Numbered from the stretch's first letter, positions 38,438-48,530 are shown. The stretch is DNA of 64,000 bases from an uncultured virus (IMG/VR IMGVR_UViG_3300048930_001385) (IMGVR_UViG_3300048930_001385), one strand, 5' to 3'. Program-made: numbers and translations. The notes: generated from the sequence alone by a model not told the origin.

Positions 38438-38650
38438 ATCTTTCTCCTAACGATGGTAATGGTAACCAGTATCGCTCCAGCAATGATAATCGCCCTGTGG
38501 CCAGTCACCATTGTCTTGGTTGTCCCGCGTGTAAGTGGCGGGAATAATGATACCGAGTAGTTGCATGAGGTACTGCCAGAACATTTGGTATGGCCTCCTT
38601 TATCCTTGTATCGTCCTCAAACCGTGAAGCCATGAGGACAACTGTTTGGC

Positions 38651-39190
38651 CTATGCCAATGGGCAAGGCGAGTCTATATCTTTGGGGCCATGATGGCTAT
38701 ATGCCCACTCTCTCGCAGATCGCAGCACTCGTGCTGGGTAATGGGGTAGGGGCATATGATAGCCATACTGTTCCTCTTCTTGACGAGTGCGCTTGCCGAC
38801 CTTGAATAGGTCAATCTGATCGCGGAAAACCCGCCAGGGATTGTAGCCTCGCAAGGGCAGGGCGTCAGTAAGAGCGTGAGCGAACCATCCGGCATAGACT
38901 GGGCCGATACCATGTGCAGTTTGAAGGGAGCGTTCGTAGGCGCCTTGAGGTCCAGAGATTGAATAATAATAGATAACGCCATAGAGCGGGTTACCCCACC
39001 ACTGGTGTCGCCCATAGAGAAGGTTTGAATGTATCCCCGTAATGACACCTTCGGCTAGTGGCGCCAGACCAAAAAGACGTGCATACCATTCACTCCAAGA
39101 ACCGATATCGTCAATGCTCATTCGTTCGCTGCCGACTAAGGGCTTGTGATGCCATGCAGGAAACAGTTTGGTTTCGAGGGCTTCGCTCAT
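38651..39190 (-). CDS. HhH-motif paralog family protein (divergent)
   Basis: LQTAHGIGPVYA ... VLRSAREW. Confidence 0.65.
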   Translation of the reverse strand: MSEALETKLFPAWHHKPLVGSERMSIDDIGSWSEWYARLFGLAPLAEGVITGIHSNLLYGRHQWWGNPLYGVIYYYSISGPQGAYERSLQTAHGIGPVYAGWFAHALTDALPLRGYNPWRVFRDQIDLFKVGKRTRQEEEQYGYHMPLPHYPARVLRSAREWAYSHHGPKDIDSPCPLA

Positions 39191-39978
39191 GATTCTAACC
39201 ACGGGATAATAAGGCTTGCAACAGCGTCAGGCTCGTCAAGGTGCAGCATGTGTCCAGCGCGCTCATAGTGGGCATGAGGCCAGGCTGTGCGCTCTGCGAG
39301 GCGACGCATGAATGTGGGAAAGATAATCCGGTCGGAATCTCCCCATAATAGGTATGTCGGCACCGCCAGCTCTGTTGCGGCCTGGTCTACATTATATTGG
39401 ACTAGTCCAGTGATCGCTCTGGCGGTGTGGGTCGGATCCCACTCGCTGTTCCAATAACTCGCTGAATCCTTACTGCGGCGTAGCGCAGCCCAGGCAATGA
39501 GCTTACGCCCCCAGTCGCGCTTAGATACAGCTCGGGCGGTATGAACGAAGGCGTTGCCAGAGAATCGGGCAATGTACTCATCAAGATTCTCCAGCCGTCC
39601 GCGAGAGCGAGGGCTTGGGTAACATCCTCCAGGAGCAATTAGTACCATTTTGTCGACTAGATCTGACCTCTCGCGGGCAATTATAATCCCTACCCCACCA
39701 CCGTAAGAATGGCCGATGATATGGACTGGCTTGGGGACCTTCTCCAACCACCGAATGAGAGCATGAGCAGTTTGCTCGGCGAGATTGCCGTCCGGGTATG
39801 CTGGTGACATGCCATAACCGGGTAAGTCCGGCATCACCAGTGTGTAATTCGCATCGATAAAATGCTGGGGCAAGCTCTCGCCCCAGGAGCGGTGTGTAAC
39901 GTTAACGCCGTGCAGCATCAAAACATGTGGCCCATGACCACTTACCTGAGCATGAATACCAGGGACTAGCTCTTGCAT
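39187..39978 (-). CDS. alpha/beta-fold hydrolase
   Basis: LHG, DLPGYG.S, nucleophile GHSYGG, WGDSD, AGHMLH. Confidence 0.92.
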   Translation of the reverse strand: MQELVPGIHAQVSGHGPHVLMLHGVNVTHRSWGESLPQHFIDANYTLVMPDLPGYGMSPAYPDGNLAEQTAHALIRWLEKVPKPVHIIGHSYGGGVGIIIARERSDLVDKMVLIAPGGCYPSPRSRGRLENLDEYIARFSGNAFVHTARAVSKRDWGRKLIAWAALRRSKDSASYWNSEWDPTHTARAITGLVQYNVDQAATELAVPTYLLWGDSDRIIFPTFMRRLAERTAWPHAHYERAGHMLHLDEPDAVASLIIPWLES

Positions 39979-40005
39979 AAACCTAGTATAACTCTTGCTA
40001 GGCCG

Positions 40006-40254
40006 CTAGGCTGCGAGCTTATGCCGCCAACGACCATTCTCATAACAGAGTTCAGAACTGTCGAGCAAGTAATACCCTTCCCAGCCGTCAAGCCGACCGC
40101 CCTGCTGACGCTGACTGAGACTGCGCGGCCAGTCAATCACACTCGTGTCATTGTTCAGCTCCCAGCGAGATAAATATATATCTGCCTCAGCAGGCGTGGC
40201 ATCCATATAGTTGAGGGCGTGAGTAAACATAATCTCCTTATCGGCAAAGAGCAT
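40006..40254 (-). CDS. hypothetical protein
   Basis: 82-aa ORF; true start probably internal. Confidence 0.5.
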   Translation of the reverse strand: MLFADKEIMFTHALNYMDATPAEADIYLSRWELNNDTSVIDWPRSLSQRQQGGRLDGWEGYYLLDSSELCYENGRWRHKLAA

Positions 40255-40287
40255 GGAAGTGAGAAGTCAAATGAGGCCGCTCTCTTG

Positions 40288-40485
40288 TTAGAGAGCCGAA
40301 GCTAGGGTCAGAGCTTGATTGGCCTTCCAATCAGCGTAGGCGATCTCCTCGTGAACAGCATGGATAAGCTGTTCGCGGGTTGCACTCCAGCCTTCGCGAC
40401 GGATAGCGATGTCGGCCTGCTGCTCGGTGCAGCCGGTCTCCCGAATCAGCATCTCTCGGTATTGCAGTAATGGTACACAAGGCAT
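40288..40485 (-). CDS. hypothetical protein
   Basis: 65 aa; AAGGAG RBS. Confidence 0.6.
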   Translation of the reverse strand: MPCVPLLQYREMLIRETGCTEQQADIAIRREGWSATREQLIHAVHEEIAYADWKANQALTLASAL

Positions 40486-40590
40486 ATTGTATTCTCCTTT
40501 CTACCTATATTATCGGCACTTTGCCGGCAGATCATGAGGCCAATCGGTGGCCTTTCACACTCAGCGAAGGACGGGCGCTATACTAAGGTT

Positions 40591-41151
40591 ATGAAGATTG
40601 GGGTGTTTAGCGACTTACACGCACGCGAGCGAATGCTCGAGAGTTTCTTGCGCGCCAGCTCAGCATGTAACGACCTCTGGTTTTTAGGCGATTGCTACGA
40701 TTTTCAATGGAGTGATGAGGGTGAGCGGTGCTGGAAGACGATCCGAGAGATGTGCTCAATAGCTCTCGTCGGCAACCATGAAGAGATGGCTATTGGTTAT
40801 GATAGTAGTCCTTTCTATGATGAATATTCACAGGCGCGGTCAATGCAGACATTCAGCCTGGCATCGAGGCCAGTGACCCTGGTTCACGGAACCCCTGAGG
40901 ACTCGCTGTGGGGGTTTATGAACGATAGCGCTGACTGTGATAATGCTCTCGCTGAAACAGGCTCCGATATTGTTATTTGTGGCCACACGCATCAGAGCTT
41001 TATTTATTCGAGGGCAAGAGGCTATTACCCACGAGGTCGCGAGGATATCAGCAGGGGTAAGTGGGTGCTGAATCCGGGGACTTTAAAGAAAGGGCAGTGG
41101 GCACTACTAGAGTTAGGGGATACGATTATCTGGAGTCCACAGCAAATTTAA
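40591..41151 (+). CDS. Calcineurin-like metallophosphoesterase
   Basis: SDLH, LGD, GNHE, VHG, GHTH, NPG motifs; TATACT-N6-ATG. Confidence 0.92.
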   Translation: MKIGVFSDLHARERMLESFLRASSACNDLWFLGDCYDFQWSDEGERCWKTIREMCSIALVGNHEEMAIGYDSSPFYDEYSQARSMQTFSLASRPVTLVHGTPEDSLWGFMNDSADCDNALAETGSDIVICGHTHQSFIYSRARGYYPRGREDISRGKWVLNPGTLKKGQWALLELGDTIIWSPQQI

Positions 41152-41182
41152 CAAGAGACTGTGCACGAGGTAAGATAAAGAC

Positions 41183-41728
41183 ATGGAAGATAAGCCTAAC
41201 CTGTCAAACATGAGTTCGACTCCTCCTGCTCAGTCAGAGACAGGGGAGAGAGTAGAGATGCTACTCGATAGAATGGGTAGGTTCAATACTGAGTGTCGAC
41301 ATACTATCGCCTTGGAAAAAGGATTATATGATGGTTCAAAGTATCAAGGAGTACAAAATAAGCTTGTCCAGCAACTAGAGCAATTCAGTGCAGATCTAGC
41401 GCTTATCAGAGGACCAGTCCTAGAGGCAAATGCAAGGCAAACTCCTGAAGATGATCCGGTAGAAGTGAAAGTGGACGATTTAGATAGCCTAGCGGAATTA
41501 ATGAAGTCAAGGCAAGCTAGGCTTGAAGAGACACTCAATGCCGTTTCCCGCGCAAAAGATTTTATTGACGACTCGGAAACAACGCGGGCAACACCGAAGA
41601 TGCCCCTGCACAGCAGGCTAGCGGAGACAGTAAGAATATATGGGGGGCTTTCCGAAGATCTACATAAGCTCGCTGATTCCTTAGCTAGAGAACACGGTAT
41701 CGCCCGCGATAATGACATCCCTCTCTAG
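41183..41728 (+). CDS. helical hypothetical protein
   Basis: 181 aa; TAAGAT-N6-ATG. Confidence 0.65.
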   Translation: MEDKPNLSNMSSTPPAQSETGERVEMLLDRMGRFNTECRHTIALEKGLYDGSKYQGVQNKLVQQLEQFSADLALIRGPVLEANARQTPEDDPVEVKVDDLDSLAELMKSRQARLEETLNAVSRAKDFIDDSETTRATPKMPLHSRLAETVRIYGGLSEDLHKLADSLAREHGIARDNDIPL

Positions 41729-42030
41729 GTGCCCGTGTGCAGCTCTTGAGCAAGAGCTTTTAAGCAACGCCGTAAACAATCAGACTTCTGGTCTGGTGAA
41801 GAGTAGCTGCACGGACAAGAGATAACGGCCACTCCGTATGCGTCACATGCGGTAGCACTCATTTGCCAGCGCTCACCATCGTAGCGCTCACTGATGACAA
41901 CACTCCATCCACAGTCAAGGGGTAGGGTATCATGGGGAACACTAACCGTTTCAGCGATGTAAGCAATCTCCTCTGCTGCCCGTGTCACTTGCGAGGCCGC
42001 CCTCGCCTGCGGGTGGGGAGACCGGCCCAT
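41725..42030 (-). CDS. hypothetical protein
   Basis: 101-aa ORF; start uncertain. Confidence 0.45.
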   Translation of the reverse strand: MGRSPHPQARAASQVTRAAEEIAYIAETVSVPHDTLPLDCGWSVVISERYDGERWQMSATACDAYGVAVISCPCSYSSPDQKSDCLRRCLKALAQELHTGT

Positions 42031-42212
42031 TCTAGCCCTGCACTGACTGATCCGAATTCAGTGACATAGCTCTGTGTGGTTGGGTACCCTTCTCCCTGGG
42101 AATTGATCTGAGCGACACCTACATGGCTGTGTTCAGCGCTCAGCCACACGAGGTTCAGCACTAGCTGTTCGCGAGTGAACTTGCGCTTGCGACCTCGCCT
42201 GCTGTCGTTCAT
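41985..42212 (-). CDS. Homing-endonuclease-associated repeat protein
   Basis: FTREQL...L...P....Y..EFGS....L..AGL; GGAGG RBS. Confidence 0.65.
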   Translation of the reverse strand: MNDSRRGRKRKFTREQLVLNLVWLSAEHSHVGVAQINSQGEGYPTTQSYVTEFGSVSAGLEWAGLPTRRRGRPRK

Positions 42213-42313
42213 CGTTCCTCCATCGTTGCCTATAGGTAGTATCGGCAACAGAGTCTAATACTTGAGGCCGGGTCATGGCCTTCAGGGTGCAGAGTATGTG
42301 ATAATATAAGATT

Positions 42314-43354
42314 ATGAGCAGGGGAAGAGGACAAGGAGAGGTTGGCAGACGCGCACCCAGTCTTGTCTATGATCCGGTTGGTTTTCGCGCTTGGTGGGAT
42401 GGAGCAAGCTTAGCTGAACGCCTCCAATATGAGTGGCCTCAAGACCTGTCCTATCTTGATCTCAGCGACCTTGATCTTCGCGGTCAAGACCTCCGTTCAC
42501 GACAATTCACGGGAACAAACCTTCTGGGTACAGATTTAGAAGGGGCGCTGCTTGCAGGGGCTGATGTACACTCTGCAAAACTGGATGGGACGACTAGGTT
42601 GGACGAGGATGCTTTCTCCTCAGCCCGGATGCCGATGACGCGAGAAGAGTATTTGGCCATGCCTCATAAAATTATTCGAGAGGGACTGTTTACCCTACAT
42701 TATTGGTTTGACCGCGAGGGCAGGGAACATCGCGACAACTATCCTGCTGTAATTTATTATAATAATCACGATGGTAGCCTATCAAGAAAAGAGTGGTATA
42801 CACATGGCGAGAACTCACCTCAAAACGGAATGCCTTCTAAAGAGTATTATCGCGATGGACAAGTAGTTACAAGAATCTGGGAAAAGGCTGGGCAGCGTCA
42901 TCGCGATGGCGACAGGCCAGCTGTTGTCGAGTACAATCATGAGAATGGCACTCTCTCCTCAGAAACCTGGTATCGGCACGGGGAAGTTTATCGTGAAAGT
43001 GGGCCGTCCAGAGTAACGTATGATCGTCAGGGAAGGGTAGATACAGAAGAGTGGGTTAGAGAGGGTAATATCTATAACCCGAATGGACCGGCCAAGCGAG
43101 TATACCATTCTCCTTCAGGAAAAGTAGTACTAGAAGAGTATCATGACGAGCAAGGCAGACGCCACCGTGAGCGCAAGGCCGCTGTTGTTAAATATTTCAA
43201 AAGCGGCAGGGTAATACAATCCATGGAATGGTATCAGCATGGCAAGCGCCATCGGATTGAAGGACCAGCCATTGTCCAGTACAGTGGTGATGGTAAGGCG
43301 ATGCAGAAAGAATGGTATCGTGATGGTTCCAGGGTTGCCCCGATGACCGCTTAG
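42314..43354 (+). CDS. Pentapeptide-repeat + MORN-like (HRxxGPA) repeat protein with MSRGR tag
   Basis: Paralog of 183..1319 (MSRGRGQG...YDPVGFRAWW...Y.WP.DLS). Confidence 0.85.
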   Translation: MSRGRGQGEVGRRAPSLVYDPVGFRAWWDGASLAERLQYEWPQDLSYLDLSDLDLRGQDLRSRQFTGTNLLGTDLEGALLAGADVHSAKLDGTTRLDEDAFSSARMPMTREEYLAMPHKIIREGLFTLHYWFDREGREHRDNYPAVIYYNNHDGSLSRKEWYTHGENSPQNGMPSKEYYRDGQVVTRIWEKAGQRHRDGDRPAVVEYNHENGTLSSETWYRHGEVYRESGPSRVTYDRQGRVDTEEWVREGNIYNPNGPAKRVYHSPSGKVVLEEYHDEQGRRHRERKAAVVKYFKSGRVIQSMEWYQHGKRHRIEGPAIVQYSGDGKAMQKEWYRDGSRVAPMTA

Positions 43355-43968
43355 GCAAATTCCATGACAATCTGGCCATCATCCGCGTGCTGCACCGGGC
43401 CGATAAGATTCTGTCCGAGGTCAAGGATTGCCTCGCAGTCACGCTGCACTAGGCCTCGGGCACGCACAACGTCTCCTCCGCCAAGGAGATAGTCAAGGCG
43501 CTTGGAGTCGTTGATCTGCATGAGCTTCACACGCTTGTAAAAGTCGGTGAGAGCGTAGTTAACAGGATCTTCAACCTGCTGGTGGTGTGAGTAGATTAGT
43601 GTCCGGGCAACATACCAAACGTCGTCTGGGAAGAGGGTTGTTTCCATACGATCCGGAGCGGACAGCAAGGACCGGGCAGCTGCCATGTTGGCCTCAATCT
43701 CTTCCATGAGGCGCTTATGGGCATCAACAAGCTCTCGCAGACGCTCGGACTCCTTCGCCCGTCCATCGAGCCAGACGATAAAGAGAGCTGAAGCCAGGGC
43801 AAGGATGGTCGAGGCGAGCGCCATGACGCCCTCAGCGATAGCTCCGGCAAGTGCATTCTCACGCAGTCCCTGGGGCAGGAGCATGGTGATACCAGCAAGA
43901 CCCAGCCCAGCGCTTACAAAGCCCGCAGCAAAGAGTATAACGATGTTCTTACCACGAATGTTCATCAT
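43351..43968 (-). CDS. membrane protein
   Basis: Two TM segments plus a helical domain; AGGAGG RBS. Confidence 0.7.
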   Translation of the reverse strand: MMNIRGKNIVILFAAGFVSAGLGLAGITMLLPQGLRENALAGAIAEGVMALASTILALASALFIVWLDGRAKESERLRELVDAHKRLMEEIEANMAAARSLLSAPDRMETTLFPDDVWYVARTLIYSHHQQVEDPVNYALTDFYKRVKLMQINDSKRLDYLLGGGDVVRARGLVQRDCEAILDLGQNLIGPVQHADDGQIVMEFA

Positions 43969-44028
43969 GTCCTCCTTCCACTAGTATTATCGGCATCACA
44001 GCTCAAGTGCGGAGGCCAACCGTTTGGC

Positions 44029-44547
44029 CTACTTGCGGTGCCAGTCAGCGGTGTGCTGTGCGAAGGCGATCACGTCTGCGTCCGTCCAGTTTTTCTTCGC
44101 ATAATTGGCCATACGACACAGTAGTTGCACGTTACCCGGGACATACCCCTTACTTGAGTCAATCCGATCCAGCGAAGCCACCCATGGATTGTTAGCTCCA
44201 CCGTCTCGCTTAGCTGGCATAATCAACTTGATTCCTGATATCGCGCAGCAACCCTTCTGGCTGGTGTAAAGATTGTGGATATCGTCAACAGTGATCGTGT
44301 GTTCAAGAGTTCGAGCCTGGGCTTTTGTCTTGACATTCTTTCTGCTCAGGCGCAGCATCTCATAGATATGATTGAATTCTTCGCTGCGGTGCTCAGGCTT
44401 GCGCTTGGACCAATTGCGCATTTGATTGGCTCGGGCGGTTGCACAAGAAACCGAGCAGTAACGTCCGTGGCGGTCCTCACCCCGATTGTATTCTACTGTG
44501 GAGCGCTTAAAGTCTTTGCCGCACTGATCGCACCGTAAGGTGATCAT
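44029..44547 (-). CDS. HNH-like endonuclease with N-terminal Zn finger
   Basis: CDQCGK.F...YCSVSC; SLDRIDSSKGYVPGNVQLLC...N..K. Confidence 0.82.
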   Translation of the reverse strand: MITLRCDQCGKDFKRSTVEYNRGEDRHGRYCSVSCATARANQMRNWSKRKPEHRSEEFNHIYEMLRLSRKNVKTKAQARTLEHTITVDDIHNLYTSQKGCCAISGIKLIMPAKRDGGANNPWVASLDRIDSSKGYVPGNVQLLCRMANYAKKNWTDADVIAFAQHTADWHRK

Positions 44548-44580
44548 GATGTAACCCCTCCTAGAAAGCTGTTATAGCAG

Positions 44581-44868
44581 TTATCGGCATGAGGCGCAGA
44601 CAGGGGAGGCCAGCCATGTGGCCGCGCTAGTTTGACGCTTAGTGGCTCTAACTCCGACAAAATTTATCTTTTCAGGATTTACTAGGCTTCCGTCAGCACC
44701 AACCTCTCCCAGGTAGAGAGTATTATCTCCTCCAAGCTGCTTGCTAACCCAGTCACGCAGATTCACACTAGTGCGAATATATTCTATTGCACTCTGCCCT
44801 TCGGCCCGAGCAAGATACTCGAGTTGTTCCCACCACTCACTATTAACGGTTAACTGTACTCGTTTCAT
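44581..44868 (-). CDS. ribbon-helix-helix-like protein
   Basis: KRVQLTV.....EQLE.LA..EG.S..EYIR; TATACT-N6-ATG. Confidence 0.65.
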   Translation of the reverse strand: MKRVQLTVNSEWWEQLEYLARAEGQSAIEYIRTSVNLRDWVSKQLGGDNTLYLGEVGADGSLVNPEKINFVGVRATKRQTSAATWLASPVCASCR

Positions 44869-44913
44869 AATCTCAGTATATCATGGAATCCCGTGGAGTC
44901 AGTATCATCTGAA

Positions 44914-45249
44914 TTATTGATCAGGACAATCACGATAGACTAGCAAAACCTCGTCACTTAGCTTATAACAAAGCACCGCCTCCTGGTCATAATAAGCCAA
45001 GGTCATATTGATAACGCGGTCAATCTCTTCGCGAGTAGCGACAATTCGCACAGGGATCATCCGCTCGGCGAAGAGCTCTCCACTCGGCGAGACCCACTGA
45101 CCACGTGCGGGAGTCATGATTGTCAAGCCACCTGTGATTTCTCGTACTTTCTCATCCCAGACGCGGTGATAGCGAGTTCGGTAATAGTCACCAGGGTGGT
45201 GCGAAGGGCGTTCAGTAGGTACCAGGATTTCCCAGAGACACTTACTCAT
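44914..45249 (-). CDS. conserved phage hypothetical protein
   Basis: LWEILVPT...H..WD.KVR.ITGGLT...G.W..P.GELF.ERMIPVRI. Confidence 0.75.
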   Translation of the reverse strand: MSKCLWEILVPTERPSHHPGDYYRTRYHRVWDEKVREITGGLTIMTPARGQWVSPSGELFAERMIPVRIVATREEIDRVINMTLAYYDQEAVLCYKLSDEVLLVYRDCPDQ

Positions 45250-45454
45250 TCTTCTGCTCCCTGTCTAACATTTTGTAATTATCATAGGCTGCACGCGTAC
45301 CCTCTAATGAGAACGCCCACGGCGCCGCGAGAAGTAGTGCAAGGACCTCACTATCAAGATAGAAGGTCCATAGGATCATTAACGAGATTAGCGTGGTTGA
45401 TGCCACCCCGGAGAAGAAAAGGATCCTTGACTTTTTGCGGTTCATGCGCTGCAT
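45242..45454 (-). CDS. small membrane protein
   Basis: Two hydrophobic segments. Confidence 0.5.
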   Translation of the reverse strand: MQRMNRKKSRILFFSGVASTTLISLMILWTFYLDSEVLALLLAAPWAFSLEGTRAAYDNYKMLDREQKNE

Positions 45455-45484
45455 ATTTCCCTATCGTACGATAACGATAACGCT

Positions 45485-45790
45485 TTAGGTCGTGACCTTG
45501 TCGATGATCGCGAATGGCGCGTTGGTATTGCCTGTACCGAAGCGACCAGTCTTGTCGTCAAGCTGGATCACGGCTCGGGTCTTGTTGACCTTGACCACCG
45601 TTGCCTGCGCTCCGCGAAGGTACTTGGGGCGCACCTTGTCGTTGAAGCAGACCCTGTCACCGGGGCGCAAGAACATACCCTTAACCTGTTCCTGCTGCTT
45701 GCGTCGTTCGCGGATAACATTAGTAAGTGTGTCTAGGTCAGCATCGTACTGTCCGCTCATAATTGCCATTGCCAGATCTTCGCTGTTCAT
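45485..45790 (-). CDS. hypothetical protein (SH3/KOW-like C-terminus)
   Basis: LRPGDRV.F....RPKYL.G..ATVVKVN. Confidence 0.65.
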   Translation of the reverse strand: MNSEDLAMAIMSGQYDADLDTLTNVIRERRKQQEQVKGMFLRPGDRVCFNDKVRPKYLRGAQATVVKVNKTRAVIQLDDKTGRFGTGNTNAPFAIIDKVTT

Positions 45791-45803
45791 TACTAGCCCT
45801 TCG

Positions 45804-46007
45804 TTAGAGTGTGATCATGTAACCAGTGATATCGCGAGCCCATCGCTGGGCGTCTGCCCACGCGTTCTCACCCCGCCAGAGCTGCTCTTCGAGAATAGCA
45901 CCGTCATCAAGTCGGGAAAGTTCAGCAAGATACAGTTGCTCGTCACGGGTACGAGCAATTACTAGTCGGTTTTCACCATCGGTAGCGTTGTAAACAATGT
46001 CCATCAT
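45804..46007 (-). CDS. hypothetical protein
   Basis: AGGAGG RBS; 67 aa. Confidence 0.6.
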   Translation of the reverse strand: MMDIVYNATDGENRLVIARTRDEQLYLAELSRLDDGAILEEQLWRGENAWADAQRWARDITGYMITL

Positions 46008-46229
46008 CGCCTCCTTACTTGTATTATCGGCCTGTGCTGCCCCAGCAAGAGGACAGCGACGTGGCCGGTTAGGGCCTAAGAATCGACGGGACGCTGAAAG
46101 AGTGCTCCACACTCGTGACCGAGTCAATAAGCTCAGTGGGCTCGGCGTCAATATCGCGAACCCACCTGATGCCGATTACCCCAATCGCTTGCAGCCTCAG
46201 ACCAGCCTCGTAAGGGGCCAATTCTAGTA

Positions 46230-46589
46230 TTAGATTTCCCCTCGTCGCACCAACTCGTCCTTATCCATCAGCCGTCGAACACTGGCACTGTCAAAACAAC
46301 CAGATACTGACGGGGAAGAGCCTACAAGATGGTCGGGAATGCGATAACCCTTCTTGACCTTTGCCTGCGAGCGCTTCATCGCCGCATCCAGCGCTGCATC
46401 TGGGGTTAGATGGAGACCAATAATCGTGCTCTGGCGGCGAGGCTTGTCGGCCGGACCATACGTGGCCCATGAACACCACATATGGCACTCACGGTCAAAC
46501 GAAACGTGAGCCTGGTAGGCTTTCTGACTGGTCTTACCTTGGTAGTGCATGCGCTCGGTAGAGGCGTCTGCTGGGTCAAGTGGATGCAT
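46230..46589 (-). CDS. WGR-like domain protein
   Basis: G.SQK.Y.......W..YG...A......K.KKGY. Confidence 0.6.
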   Translation of the reverse strand: MHPLDPADASTERMHYQGKTSQKAYQAHVSFDRECHMWCSWATYGPADKPRRQSTIIGLHLTPDAALDAAMKRSQAKVKKGYRIPDHLVGSSPSVSGCFDSASVRRLMDKDELVRRGEI

Positions 46590-46645
46590 CGTGTCTCCAA
46601 TCTTTGCTTACACTACTATTATCGGCACGCAGGAGAGAATGGTTG

Positions 46646-46746
46646 AGGACAGTGCGGTGGCCGCTTTGGGGCGGTCTCTGCACGATTAGGACAGTGCGGT
46701 GGCCGCTTTGGGGCGGATGCTGCACGATTAGGACAATGCAGGGGCC
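46646..46746. repeat. 42-bp tandem repeat triplicating the GGAC-N8-GGCC box
   Basis: AGGACAGTGCGGTGGCC at 46646 and 46688; AGGACAATGCAGGGGCC at 46730. Confidence 0.85.
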
Positions 46747-46793
46747 TAGTGACTACACTAATTGGAACGTAGGAAGAGTTTCACATAGGTTGA

Positions 46794-47234
46794 TCAGTTG
46801 GGATCGTAAAGGCCAACATCAGTGTCGCTTACCTTGCGAACATCCGAATAGTGGGGGGAAGTATGACGGTTAGTGAGCGCTCTCCAAATATATTCTTTTC
46901 CGGCAGGGTTAGAGGTGTGAATATAAATGGTACGAATCCTGATGGGTTCACGCTCACCTAGGGCGCAGATCCGCTCAAGCTCATCTACAAACGGCCGGCT
47001 GGTAATCGGGTTGCCATATTCGTCTTCGCCCAAGTCATGATCAAGGTATAATGCTTCAATTTCAGTGTCAAGAGCTCCAGCGTGTAGCAGGGCCAGAGCT
47101 TCTTCAGCTGTCTTACAAAGGATGGTGCCTTCGTGCGGACTTCGCTCTACACGCCTATCATCAATAATTAGACGGGGGATCGGTCCGCGTAAACTGGCTT
47201 GACTAATACCACCCTCTCCTCTGCCCCTGCTCAT
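46794..47234 (-). CDS. Cyclic-phosphate-processing receiver-domain protein with MSRGR tag
   Basis: IIDDRR, LYLDHDLG, IHTSNPAG; TATAAT-N6-ATG. Confidence 0.75.
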   Translation of the reverse strand: MSRGRGEGGISQASLRGPIPRLIIDDRRVERSPHEGTILCKTAEEALALLHAGALDTEIEALYLDHDLGEDEYGNPITSRPFVDELERICALGEREPIRIRTIYIHTSNPAGKEYIWRALTNRHTSPHYSDVRKVSDTDVGLYDPN

Positions 47235-47498
47235 AATAATATTATAGCTTATCCGAGCACTATGCGAGTATTTGTGAGAACGTGATTTCCTTGACTGGTC
47301 TCTCCCCAATCCTGGCATACTCTGACAGGCCATTCCTCACAGGCGAGCTTGAGGCGAGCTTTTCATCGGCTGACGAGTCAACGAAGATACAATACTTATA
47401 TACAGCGGATACAATCGTAGTCATGGCGATACTATCGATATAGGGGTAGAGAACCTGAGGTCAGCGTTTGGCCTATGAATAACACGCATTTCGGGGAA

Positions 47499-48530
47499 TT
47501 ACTTGGCCGTTATCATTCCCTGGTACTGCTCGCGATTGAGGCCGAATGAGCGGGCAATGACCGTCAAGGCATCATCGCCCCATGAGCGCGGGTAGATGAG
47601 CCCATACCGGCGACGGGATCCATCACGATCCAGTGAAGCGTTATCGCAGAAGACGATGCGAGCCTCACCCAGGTAAGGGTCTAGATTCGGCGGGAAGTCG
47701 CAGAGGCGGAGCGAGTGGCCCGGATTACCGGGATCAGGCTGCTCATCAATCAGAATGAATTGGCCCTCGTATTGTTCCCAGCCCCCGTTCTCCTCGAACC
47801 ATACTCGGCGCTGCTCCGTGTTCTCGGTCTGGATAGCATCCTCGATGGTCCAAGAGTAGAAGGCGGGATCAATCTCGACACTACGACAGTAGTATTTCTC
47901 ACTCCATAATTGTCCATCCTCATGCCATTTTCGCCACGCTGGCTCGCCCGAGAGTGGGTCATGCCGCTGACCATTCTGGTGATGTTCCTCATTCCGTAGT
48001 TGTCTGTTCTCATACCACATTCGGTGCGCTGGATCACCCGAGACCGGATCATGCGCTCGATTATTCTGACAATACGTCTCAACCCGCAATGACCCCTTTT
48101 CATACCATTCTCGGTACGCTGGATCACCCGAGACCGAATCATGCCACTGATTGTTCTGGTAGTGCACCTCAGCCCGCAATACCCCGTTCGCATACCATGC
48201 TCGGTACGCTGGTTCACCCGAGGGTGGGTCATGCGCTTGATTGTTCTGACAATACGTCTCGCTCCGCAGTCGCCCGTTCTCATGCCATTCCCGGGACGCT
48301 GGTTCACCCGAGGGTGGGTCATGCGCTTGATTGTTCTGATAATACGCTTCACTCCGCAGTCGTCTGTTCTCATGCCATTCCCGGGAGGCTGGCTCGCCCG
48401 AGGGTGGGTCATGCCACTGACTGTTCAGCTTGTAGACTAGCTTTTTCCGCTCTAGTTCAACAGTCCATCCCACCCGGATGTCCTCTTCAGTTAATTGGTA
48501 ATAGTCAGAGGGATTGTAGAGAGTGCCCAT
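47499..48530 (-). CDS. MORN-like 30-aa repeat protein with DUF6745-like C-terminal domain
   Basis: Six HDP.SG.PA.R.W.E.G.L..E repeats; C-terminal ENTEQRRV...NAS.D.DGS.RRY...A.SFGL. Confidence 0.8.
   Translation of the reverse strand: MGTLYNPSDYYQLTEEDIRVGWTVELERKKLVYKLNSQWHDPPSGEPASREWHENRRLRSEAYYQNNQAHDPPSGEPASREWHENGRLRSETYCQNNQAHDPPSGEPAYRAWYANGVLRAEVHYQNNQWHDSVSGDPAYREWYEKGSLRVETYCQNNRAHDPVSGDPAHRMWYENRQLRNEEHHQNGQRHDPLSGEPAWRKWHEDGQLWSEKYYCRSVEIDPAFYSWTIEDAIQTENTEQRRVWFEENGGWEQYEGQFILIDEQPDPGNPGHSLRLCDFPPNLDPYLGEARIVFCDNASLDRDGSRRRYGLIYPRSWGDDALTVIARSFGLNREQYQGMITAK
47885..48420. repeat. Intragenic 90-bp tandem repeat x6
   Basis: (G/A)TCATGC anchors recur with exact 90-bp periodicity. 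Confidence 0.9.

Noticed and set aside
47885..48420. Diversity-generating retroelement TR/VR pair
   Set aside because: These are in-frame tandem coding repeats; no reverse transcriptase is present in the window and differences are not confined to adenines.
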